This document shows positions 9,406 through 17,934 of a DNA stretch of 36,915 nucleotides, piece by piece. The notes under the pieces are model-generated. The model was not told the origin of the DNA, did no database searches, and saw only the letters and a list, made by a program, of their open reading frames with translations. The position numbers and the translations under genes are program-made. Source of the DNA: a virus; IMG/VR virus record IMGVR_UViG_3300048575_000082, positions 1 to 36,915 of that record. One strand, written 5' to 3'. Each line of letters starts with the position of its first letter. Position 1 is the first letter of the stretch.

Positions 9406-11552
9406 TAGATGGACCTCACGAGAAGTGAGCCCATGAGCGGGCGTCCCGTGATCCAGCAAAGCGAGGGCATCGCCGGGGACATCATAGGGAGCCCCCGAGC
9501 AACACCATAGGGAGCTGCGGCCATGCCTAGCATGACTTGAGGAGCGTTGAGGGCAATCATGGTCCCGGCCGTGATGGACACAGCTAGCCCGGCGATGCTC
9601 ACGGCCAAGGTAGCTGCGATGCTGACAGCCCCCGCTGCGGTCGAGATCGCGATAGCACCTGCGCCCGTCGTGATTGTGATAGCTCCGGTCCCCACTTGGA
9701 GGGTGTAGGCACCGGCTGCCACGGTGGTCGCCATAGCACCTCCGAGGACGGTCGTCGTCTTACCTCCTGCGGCAATGTTCTCAATGAGCCCACCGGCCAA
9801 GACCGTCGTGATCTTGCCGCCCGCTACGATGTTCTCGAGGACGGCAAGCGCGTAGTTGTACTGGCTCTTCCCACTGATGAGGGTATTCATCTCCCCCGCG
9901 TTGAGCGTGTACCCGCTGAAGCCCTGCATCGTTATGCGGTCGGCCTTGATTTGGTGCTGCCCGGATGTCGTGGAGGTCTTGGTGCCTTCAACCTGCTCGG
10001 TATGCGTCCCGTTGATGACGGTCTCCTTGTTGCCGTCAATCTCTTCGGAGATCGCTACGTTGTCATCGTTGGCCGACCCCCCTACGTGCTTGAACTTGAT
10101 CGCCCCGGAATGGATGATCGTGAGGCTGTTGCCTTCAGAGTCCGTCCCAAGCTGCAAGACGGCTCCCCCGGAGCCTACGACGTTGAGGGAGACGTTGTTC
10201 GGAGCCGCTGCCCCAAGAATAGCCTTGATGGCACCGGCCGTCTGAATCTCGGCGGAGATATTCTTGACGCCCCCGCGCTCAACCGTTGACCCTGGAAGGT
10301 TGAGGAAGAGCTTGCCTTGCTTCGAAACCGCCATCGAATAGTAGTTCTTGTCGAAGGCGCGAGGGCTTCGAATGCGCAAGTAGTGGGCGGCTGCCGTGGT
10401 ATCCACCTCGAGGTCAGCCTTGGTCGGCGAACGGTCAACCTCTTCCATTCGAAACATGCTGGGGGTGGTCTGCCAGAAGTCGTCAAAGAGGATCGGCATC
10501 AAGACGCGCCCGTACTGACGCTGTCCCATGGACGACATGGTCATGTTGCCCACGACGGTCCCCAAGACGTGCTCGATGTACGGCTCAAAGCGATCGACCG
10601 CATACCCGTCGATCTCACCCAGGACCTCTTGCGTCAAGTCGCTGGTGTGGGATAGCTCGAGACGCTGCTCCACGTAGACCCTGGACCCGGCGCCTTCTTC
10701 GCTTTCAGGAGACGTGTAGGGCATCGTCCCAGGGTAATGCACCTGCTTGCCATTGCCGTACGTGCAAGACGGATACTCCGTCTCGTTGTTGAAGACGTCC
10801 AGGACCTTTCCGGTACTATCCGCAAACCTCGAATCGGTAGGGCCAGAGGCTTGAATCTCGTCTTTCCCGTAGTAACCATCTGTAGGTGACCGGAGCACAC
10901 GCGTCCCGGTTTGGAAGACGTCAGGGGGGAGCCAGTAGTCGCCGCGCCGGATTGGGCCTGTGATAGAGCGGACGCCAGAGACGCTATCGACCCGGTGGAT
11001 GGATTGGGTTATGAGGGTGCGGTCGGTATCACGCAGCTCGATGGCGTCTCCAGCGCGGTTGCACATCCGGACGTCTGCTGTGAGGGCAAATTCGGCTCCT
11101 CTTGAAGACATACCCCCGGCGTCCCCGGGCCGGAGCATGAGGCGCTTCATCCGTTTGATGCTCCCCATGACCCTTTGAACCTCGGCGGCGCTGTCAGCCG
11201 TCACCTCGGCGGGGCTCGTAGGGGAGAAGGGATCGAATCGGATGCCGGAGCGTGCTCCTACGGGGAGGTAGCCAAGAATGACTGCCTCGTAGACCTTGCG
11301 GTGCTTCTTCCGGTAGCCGAGGATGACCAGGGAGTCCTTTTCGGGGATACCGCCCCAGAAGCTGCGGGGGCCTGCCATGGCTTGCGTAAGATCGATCTCG
11401 AAGCGGTCTCCGCCGCCCGTGATGACCTTGACGTCGGCCTTGAGCATGATCTCGTCCACACGGGTGATTTGCCCAACCTTGATGCCCAGGGGATCCGTGA
11501 AGTCATCGAGGGGGACGGAGCCTACGGGGTGGGCAGGGGTCTTCGGAGGCAT
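9405..11552 (-). CDS. Central baseplate spike, gp5/gpV/VgrG-like
   Basis: N-terminal OB-fold-type signature (VGQITRVD...ADVKV...WGGIPEKDSLVILGY); gp5-like 8-residue beta-helix repeats (EEIDGNKE TVINGTHT EQVEGTKT STTSGQHQ); follows the hub gene with a TGATG overlap at 11552. Confidence 0.8.
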   Translation of the reverse strand: MPPKTPAHPVGSVPLDDFTDPLGIKVGQITRVDEIMLKADVKVITGGGDRFEIDLTQAMAGPRSFWGGIPEKDSLVILGYRKKHRKVYEAVILGYLPVGARSGIRFDPFSPTSPAEVTADSAAEVQRVMGSIKRMKRLMLRPGDAGGMSSRGAEFALTADVRMCNRAGDAIELRDTDRTLITQSIHRVDSVSGVRSITGPIRRGDYWLPPDVFQTGTRVLRSPTDGYYGKDEIQASGPTDSRFADSTGKVLDVFNNETEYPSCTYGNGKQVHYPGTMPYTSPESEEGAGSRVYVEQRLELSHTSDLTQEVLGEIDGYAVDRFEPYIEHVLGTVVGNMTMSSMGQRQYGRVLMPILFDDFWQTTPSMFRMEEVDRSPTKADLEVDTTAAAHYLRIRSPRAFDKNYYSMAVSKQGKLFLNLPGSTVERGGVKNISAEIQTAGAIKAILGAAAPNNVSLNVVGSGGAVLQLGTDSEGNSLTIIHSGAIKFKHVGGSANDDNVAISEEIDGNKETVINGTHTEQVEGTKTSTTSGQHQIKADRITMQGFSGYTLNAGEMNTLISGKSQYNYALAVLENIVAGGKITTVLAGGLIENIAAGGKTTTVLGGAMATTVAAGAYTLQVGTGAITITTGAGAIAISTAAGAVSIAATLAVSIAGLAVSITAGTMIALNAPQVMLGMAAAPYGVARGLPMMSPAMPSLCWITGRPLMGSLLVRSI

Positions 11553-14500
11553 CAAGCACCGCCTTCAGCCATCAACACGGCTAGCTCTTGTTGTTTCTGC
11601 GCCAGCTCTTGCTGCTGCTTTGCTATGGCGGCGTCTAGGTCGTCAAGCTGCTTTTGAAGGTCACCGCTACCTCCCCCGCTTTCGATCTTAGCGATAAGCT
11701 GCGCGCGGGATTGCGCCTTCAAAGAAAGCTCCTTCTGAAGGTTGGCGATCTCCTGTTGAAGCTGGGCCTTCTTAGCGCTGCTCTTGAGCTTCTCACCGAA
11801 GCTATTCCACTGGTTCTTGATATCGCTACGCGCCTGATCGAATTGAGCCATGGTAGCCTCTGGATCGCCTAGAGCGTCACGGTTAGGTGCGCTGAAGGGT
11901 GGCTCAAGGTTACCATATTCTTGGACCGGCTTCTCGAACATCCACGCCTCGGTATCCTCCACGCGTCCGGTTGGTAGGTTGTCCCCCCGGATGGCAGTCT
12001 CGTATTCCGTGTGGGTTGAGTCGAGGGCCGAGTAAAGATTGAAGAGGAACCTGTCGATCTTCGTGATCAGGGCCTCACGGTCAGCCCCCGATACCGCAGC
12101 AGAGCTGATTGGTGTGTTGGAATTCACGGCTTCGGTGGTAGCCTCGTCCGCCGCCGTGATGCTCGATGGAAGAGCTGACGTGTCCGCCGTGGCGCCGTTG
12201 AGCGTCTTGACTTGGTAGCCTACGTTCATGAAGGCCAGCTCGGCACGCCCCGTGAGGCAATTACACTTTCTGTCATCGATCCCAGGGGTCATCATGTCCC
12301 GGACCGACATCTCCGCAAGCGTGAGCGCCCGGGATAGCTGGGACGCTTCAACACTTGCCTGGACGCCCTTCTGCTCAGGGGAGCCCAATGGGGCGGTGTC
12401 CACGAAGTTGGTGCCGGTCTTGACCATCTCTGGCTGAAGCGTGTCCGGATTGATGACGGCCGCCGTGGCGAGGTCATCGGGTTGGAGCCTGGCTACAGCG
12501 TCCGCAGGGCTGGGGTAGGTCGAGAACACGCTCGTAAGCCCCTGGGATTGGGCAATGAGCGAGGATTGAAGGTCGCCTGCCAAGGCAAGCTGCACCCCAA
12601 CGTCTACTCGAGCATTCACGCCGCCCGTGAGAATGAGCGACCCATCACGAAGAGACGCGCCGCGCCCGTAACGGAAGTGCCCAATCAGCTCGTAGCCACG
12701 CTCGTCAGAGACGGGCCGGATCATTCCAGTTGAACCCGTGAACCCCGTTTCTCCTGTGACCTTGACCCGGGCTTTGTCGATCAAGAGCATCTCCTTGACG
12801 ACACCTACCCCATCTTTCCCTTGATCCCGGGCATAGATGTACACCCCGGCTGAATTGAGGCCGTAGGAGTAGCGATTCGTCATGTGCTCGTCTTGAATCC
12901 TGTCCGATTCGGTCGACGTGGACGCTGCCTTGTAGATGGCGTCCACGTTACCCGGACCGTCCGACGAGATCTGCTTGCGCTGCTTAGCCAACCTGCCCGT
13001 CCCGGTCTTCTTGCGCCCCTGGATCTCTGCCAGACGATCCGGTGTAGGCGAGAAGGGTCGTGTGTAGACCATGACAACGTTGGGGTAGCCCATGATGCGC
13101 CCGGTCTTTGGGTGGCGTAGGATGATGGGCTCGTAGGGTGTATTGGCACCAGCGTCCGTGGTCAAAGGCTCGGCCGGGAGTGTCACAGCATTGCTGACGT
13201 TGAGGCTGAACGTGGCGTTCTTAGCTAGCTGCTTGGAGGTGTAGCCGACGAACGTTGAGGGAGCGCTTGCATTAGGCGTAGGCTGCGCCCCTCCCGTTCC
13301 CCCGGGCTGGTTTCCCTTCCCCTTATCGGGAGCCCCTTGGGAGGCGCCCTGTTGCGCCTGTGGGCTTCCGTAGGAGGTCATCTTGAGCTGCCCTATGCCC
13401 TTGGGAGAGATGAACTTGCTCCGCTTGGCCGTGAGGGTCAGAGTCGTTTGTGCCCGCCCACCAAATTGGATGTTATGGCTGATCCCGCTGACGTACCAAA
13501 TCTGGTCTTTCCCTGCGAGGTAGACCGGGAAGCCAAGCCGTAGCTCCGGGCGGAAGGGGATCGTGACGGTTCCGCGATGCCGCTTCGAATTCAGTCGGTC
13601 GATCAGGTCGAGGCCCGTGTAGTACATGAGCATCGGGTCGGCCAAGAATTCGCTGTTGTAGGGCTTGGAGCGCCAGCCATACTTGCGCAGGAGGTGGTAG
13701 TCCGTCACCGACGTGAAGGGCGTACACTCCTCGGGCATCCCATAGTCAACGTTGCCCCCGAAGTTGCCTTGAAGAACGACCTGCGTCACGACCTCGGCTT
13801 CGGAAGAGGAGAGGTCGTAGTCGATGACGTCGATATCTTGAATCCACGAGACCGGTTTGTTGGAGAGGATGTCAAGGTTGTAGAAGGGCGGCTTGAAAAC
13901 GATGTCGCCCGTGACGTCCATGTAGAATTCGTAGCCGATCGCCTCTTTGGCAGCGTTGGCAAGCTCGAGCTTGGTTTGGTATTCGCTCTGCCAGAAGTTG
14001 ACTTGCCCGGCTTGGGAGAACTGCGTGCGGAACGCTACGACGTTAGGGTCCGTCGGATCGAAGACCATCTGCGTCCCGGAGTTGCCCCCGTTGGCGGTAC
14101 GCACGGCGCGTGATGCGAAGGGTCCCGTGTGGTTCTTGTTTGCACGGTAGGTGTCGTAGAGGCTGTCGCCACGAACGGCAACGCCCTGGGTCCCATAGAG
14201 CAGAAGGTTGGACCTGATGCGGCTGAACCTCTCGTTCCAGTACCGCATGATATCGCCCATGGCGTTCGTAAAGGTCGTCTTCTGTTTGGCGTCAACGTTG
14301 ATGCTGACAAGAGACCCCGAACCAATGATGACGTCTCCGAAGCTCTGTTGGGCAAGCGACCAGATGACGTCGTAGGGATTGAGGCCGTAGAACACGTTTC
14401 CGAAGATCGAACGTCCCATCTGCCCCGCCGCGACGGTGAAGGCCGCGTTGACGTTCATCTGGCAAAGCTCCCACCACTTGAGAATGTCCGCGCATTGGAT

Positions 14501-14899
14501 CGTGATGGTCGTCTCGCCCCCAGAATAGCTCTCATTGACCTCCGTGATGAGCCCCCAGAAGATCGGATAGTATTGCGGCAAGCCCTCCATGAGGAAGTAG
14601 CCCTTGCCGAAGATCTCGATCTCCATCATCTCGGTTATGACGGGGACGCCGTCGAAGAAGAAGTCATCGAGGGCGTAGTGTGGGATTGAAAGGTTGATGC
14701 TTGCAGATCCCGGGGCGCTTTCAACGGACAAGTCAACCGAGATGCTCGTGATGTACTTGCTCAGATTGAACTTGCGGTGGCAGCTCGGGCACCCCATGAC
14801 GTCCAGCTCGCCGTTGATGTAGACGAGCGCATCTGGCGCCGTTACGACGGTGGGCCGGATGCTGGATTGATAGGTGCCCTGGAACGGTCCTCTTGCCAT
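11552..14899 (-). CDS. Baseplate hub protein (T4 gp27/Mu gp44-like core) with long C-terminal extension
   Basis: Hub-type motifs: YITSISVDLSVESAPGSASINL, IFWGLITEVNESY...ITIQCAD, GYEFYMDVTGDIVFKPP, GTVTIPFRPELRLGFPV...WYVSGISHNIQFGGRAQTTLTL; start at ATG 14899 (TGATG overlap); ends in a coiled coil. Confidence 0.8.
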   Translation of the reverse strand: MARGPFQGTYQSSIRPTVVTAPDALVYINGELDVMGCPSCHRKFNLSKYITSISVDLSVESAPGSASINLSIPHYALDDFFFDGVPVITEMMEIEIFGKGYFLMEGLPQYYPIFWGLITEVNESYSGGETTITIQCADILKWWELCQMNVNAAFTVAAGQMGRSIFGNVFYGLNPYDVIWSLAQQSFGDVIIGSGSLVSINVDAKQKTTFTNAMGDIMRYWNERFSRIRSNLLLYGTQGVAVRGDSLYDTYRANKNHTGPFASRAVRTANGGNSGTQMVFDPTDPNVVAFRTQFSQAGQVNFWQSEYQTKLELANAAKEAIGYEFYMDVTGDIVFKPPFYNLDILSNKPVSWIQDIDVIDYDLSSSEAEVVTQVVLQGNFGGNVDYGMPEECTPFTSVTDYHLLRKYGWRSKPYNSEFLADPMLMYYTGLDLIDRLNSKRHRGTVTIPFRPELRLGFPVYLAGKDQIWYVSGISHNIQFGGRAQTTLTLTAKRSKFISPKGIGQLKMTSYGSPQAQQGASQGAPDKGKGNQPGGTGGAQPTPNASAPSTFVGYTSKQLAKNATFSLNVSNAVTLPAEPLTTDAGANTPYEPIILRHPKTGRIMGYPNVVMVYTRPFSPTPDRLAEIQGRKKTGTGRLAKQRKQISSDGPGNVDAIYKAASTSTESDRIQDEHMTNRYSYGLNSAGVYIYARDQGKDGVGVVKEMLLIDKARVKVTGETGFTGSTGMIRPVSDERGYELIGHFRYGRGASLRDGSLILTGGVNARVDVGVQLALAGDLQSSLIAQSQGLTSVFSTYPSPADAVARLQPDDLATAAVINPDTLQPEMVKTGTNFVDTAPLGSPEQKGVQASVEASQLSRALTLAEMSVRDMMTPGIDDRKCNCLTGRAELAFMNVGYQVKTLNGATADTSALPSSITAADEATTEAVNSNTPISSAAVSGADREALITKIDRFLFNLYSALDSTHTEYETAIRGDNLPTGRVEDTEAWMFEKPVQEYGNLEPPFSAPNRDALGDPEATMAQFDQARSDIKNQWNSFGEKLKSSAKKAQLQQEIANLQKELSLKAQSRAQLIAKIESGGGSGDLQKQLDDLDAAIAKQQQELAQKQQELAVLMAEGGA

Positions 14900-16941
14900 C
14901 ACTTGCCTCGGTTAAGGAGCTGATCAGGTGACATGAACAGTGAATCCAGCTTCTGTCGTTTAGCCTCTGCCGCAGCCATTTGCTCCTTAGCTTGGGCCTT
15001 CCGAGCGTCTCCGGCAGAAGTCGCGGCTTCATAAGTCTTCTGTGTGTCAGGGGTCACCGGGATGGCCCCTTGCTTGAACAAGCCGGAGGTGCTGCCGTAC
15101 TGGTACTGTGAGGGGTCCTCACGGTCAAGCTCATACCAAGCCCGCACGGTGAATTGGAAGTCGTACTCAAGCGTGAATGGGGCCGCGTCCGTCTCGTTCA
15201 CGTTGAAGCTATCGAAGCTCCCAATGTAAATGATCCCGTCATAGTAGATGTAGATCGATCCCGTGACGGAGATGTTCTTGAGAGGGCTTTCTCCCGCCGT
15301 GTAGTCAGGGATCATGAGCCCGCCGTTGTTCCGGTAGAGAAGCCACAGCGAGAGGAAATTCTGGTAGGACATCGAGAAATTCCGAGTCGTTCTCGAAAGC
15401 CCTGGCCCGGTAGCATCCTGGGCATCAATCGAATAGAAGCCCGCAATCTTGCCGGATCCTGTGATCTTGTCCTGACCGTCACCCCAATGCTCAATGATAG
15501 GCCCGCACCGTGTCCAATTGCCGTCCGAGACGATCTTCTCGGCAGAGACCTTGAACGACTCCGGGTTGACCAAGAGCCTCAAGGGAGGTGTGTTGCGCAT
15601 GATCTCAAGTTGCTTGAGGGTCTCCCCCACCTGAAATTGCTGCGCAAGCTGGAACGCCTTACCCAGATCCGTCCGGTTGAGATCCTGCCCGGCTGTCTTG
15701 GCCTCTTCAGCCTTGGCTGTCTGGGCGTTGGCGGCGCCCTTACCCTCCCAATCCGGCGTCACATACTCCTCGCTGTAGTTGCCCTCGTTGCCCGTGAGGG
15801 GGCATTCTGGCCCGTAAGGGGAATCCTTAAGGAACCGTGCAATAGCGGCTGAGCCCGATTTCACCCCAGCCGCCTTCGCCCGCTTTTGGTACTGATCGGA
15901 GGTCTCCTTGAAGGCACAAGTAGAAGGGACCCCCTTGGGAAGGCCGTCTGCCCTCCCCAGCCCGGCTTCAGGGACCTGCGCAGCTACCATGTTCAAAAGG
16001 TTGGGCCACCCACCACCCTTACCGTAGTTGTTGTAGTACTGGTCGATTGATTCCCCGAAGTATTGCTGCTGAGCCAGACTCGTGAGGTAGCCCAGGATGT
16101 CACCATCTCGAGCAGCAGCCATCACGTTCGGATTCCTCGCTACAACATCAAGGTAGGCTTTACATCCGGCCTCAACGGAATCGTAGCTGTTGAACCAACG
16201 AACCCGCGTCTGCCCAGGGTTCTTCGGATCGGGCTCCTGAAAGCCTACTTTGCCGCCTGTATTGGTGGGGTAGTTCCCCATATAACCCGGGTTGTTACCG
16301 GGCATGTGCCCACCCGTTTCGCGGAAGCAGTGTGCTGTGAGAAATTGAATCTCGGTCGCGGTAGGCTCCTTGCCAAACTTGTTGACGTAGGCGTTGTGAA
16401 AGGCTTGGTACATCTCACGGATGCCTACGTTGGCGACACAGTTGTATTTGTACTTTCCGTTCCCGAGGTATTCGACGGCGACCTTATCCGCACACCCTTG
16501 GACGCCGGGAGGTACACCGATGCCGATGTTGGACGGACCGGTGCCCTTGGGGATCTTGTAGCCAGGGGCTGTCACGATCCCACCATACTTCTTAACCCCT
16601 GTGCCTGCCCCGCCCCCGCTAGTCTCATTACCTCCAAGGTCCGCTGCTCCGACGCCCCCTTGGAGGTTCGCCACGGAGGCAGATCGGTCGATTGGACGCC
16701 CCGTGACGTTACAAGTTGGTGGCAGGAGCCCTACGATGAACATGCGGCCCGTAGCTCCTGCCTCACCGAACTTGTAGGCCAAGGGGGAGCAGACGGGGAC
16801 GTATGATCCAGAGGCGGGGTCGTCAAGAGCTTCGAAGAGGTTCGTGAAGCTGAGCGCCGAATAGATCGATGGCTCGTAGTAATCGGCGTCCTCCTCGATC
16901 TGCTTGTAGATGCGAGGCCCCTTGATCCCAGAGTTCGCCAT
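14899..16941 (-). CDS. Tube-initiator-like baseplate protein fused to a GH73/FlgJ-like peptidoglycan hydrolase domain
   Basis: AHCFRETGG...NNPGYMG...FNSYDSVEAGCKAYL...NP...LAQQQYF follows the GH73 pattern (catalytic Glu, NN, F-x-x-Y-D-S); the C-terminal LLVNPESF...IEHWGD...YIGSFDSFNVNETDAAPFTLEYDFQFTV is a tube-fold domain. Confidence 0.7.
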   Translation of the reverse strand: MANSGIKGPRIYKQIEEDADYYEPSIYSALSFTNLFEALDDPASGSYVPVCSPLAYKFGEAGATGRMFIVGLLPPTCNVTGRPIDRSASVANLQGGVGAADLGGNETSGGGAGTGVKKYGGIVTAPGYKIPKGTGPSNIGIGVPPGVQGCADKVAVEYLGNGKYKYNCVANVGIREMYQAFHNAYVNKFGKEPTATEIQFLTAHCFRETGGHMPGNNPGYMGNYPTNTGGKVGFQEPDPKNPGQTRVRWFNSYDSVEAGCKAYLDVVARNPNVMAAARDGDILGYLTSLAQQQYFGESIDQYYNNYGKGGGWPNLLNMVAAQVPEAGLGRADGLPKGVPSTCAFKETSDQYQKRAKAAGVKSGSAAIARFLKDSPYGPECPLTGNEGNYSEEYVTPDWEGKGAANAQTAKAEEAKTAGQDLNRTDLGKAFQLAQQFQVGETLKQLEIMRNTPPLRLLVNPESFKVSAEKIVSDGNWTRCGPIIEHWGDGQDKITGSGKIAGFYSIDAQDATGPGLSRTTRNFSMSYQNFLSLWLLYRNNGGLMIPDYTAGESPLKNISVTGSIYIYYDGIIYIGSFDSFNVNETDAAPFTLEYDFQFTVRAWYELDREDPSQYQYGSTSGLFKQGAIPVTPDTQKTYEAATSAGDARKAQAKEQMAAAEAKRQKLDSLFMSPDQLLNRGK

Positions 16942-16944
16942 TTG

Positions 16945-17934
16945 CTACCTCTTACCCTTGGCGGATGTCGCGCTTGAAGCCGTGTGCGTTGGGGCGGTTG
17001 TGCGGTTGTTGAATTGCTCCCGGCGTTGCCGAGCCAGTGAATCCGTGAGGGCTTGGCTTTCCGCTGCTGCCGCTTGAGCTTGCTCCTCCGCCGTTCGTTG
17101 CTCAGGAGACTTGCTTATGGTTTCAAGGAATCCTCGAACAGCCTCGCTGCCCCGATTCCAAGCGCCCACGGCGGCATCTCGAAGCTCTGTGTACGCCTTC
17201 TTAGCGTCCTCCTCGGCTTGCGCCTTGGCTTTCGCCTTGGCTTTCGCTTCGGTCTCGGCTTGCGCTACGGCATTGGGGGCCTTCTCGGTGTTCTGCATCT
17301 GGAACGATGGAACACGCGCGGCGGGGCCATAGAGGGGCTTCCCGGATCCTGCCCCGGGGATGTAGTAGAGAATGTGCTCGACCTTGAAGGTCCAATTGAG
17401 CTTGAAGGTGAAGGGGCTGTCAGCGGTCTCTTCGAATTCGAACGTCCGGAATGTGCCCGCCAGGGTACCCCTATCGAACATGAGCAGAACTTGCCCTTGA
17501 AGAACGATGTTGCCGTAAGGGTCGTAGACGCTCCCGTTATGGCGAAAGAGGTCGTGGAGGTCACGGTAACGATCGTAGGCGATGGTGCGTCGGCGCAAGA
17601 CGCTCGAGAGCCCCGTGTAGATGTTCATGAAGGCGCCGGTAGAGCCGTCTGCGCTTACCTCGGAGAGGTCGTCGCCCCAATGCTGTTCAACCCAGCCCCC
17701 CGTGGTTTGGATTCGCTCGATCTTCTTGTTGAAGGTCTCGTTGAAGCTCGCAGGGTTGACGTGAAGCACGAGAGCATGGGGCATGATCGCCCGGGTGAAG
17801 TCAAAAGGGCTGGTCACCTGAAAGGCCATCGGGAGGACGGTCTTCTTGACGTCGGCGCCGTGGATGTACTTGAGATCCGACGAAGGCGCGTCGATCCGCT
17901 TGAAGTCAGGGTTGGCAGAGCGGATGTGCGGCAT
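16945..17934 (-). CDS. Tail tube initiator-like protein (gp48/gp54-type tube fold)
   Basis: LHVNPASF...WVEQHWGDDL...GTFRTFEFEETADSPFTFKLNWTFKVE; clear paralogue of the C-terminal domain of 14899..16941; directly after the tape measure (TGATG overlap). Confidence 0.7.
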   Translation of the reverse strand: MPHIRSANPDFKRIDAPSSDLKYIHGADVKKTVLPMAFQVTSPFDFTRAIMPHALVLHVNPASFNETFNKKIERIQTTGGWVEQHWGDDLSEVSADGSTGAFMNIYTGLSSVLRRRTIAYDRYRDLHDLFRHNGSVYDPYGNIVLQGQVLLMFDRGTLAGTFRTFEFEETADSPFTFKLNWTFKVEHILYYIPGAGSGKPLYGPAARVPSFQMQNTEKAPNAVAQAETEAKAKAKAKAQAEEDAKKAYTELRDAAVGAWNRGSEAVRGFLETISKSPEQRTAEEQAQAAAAESQALTDSLARQRREQFNNRTTAPTHTASSATSAKGKR

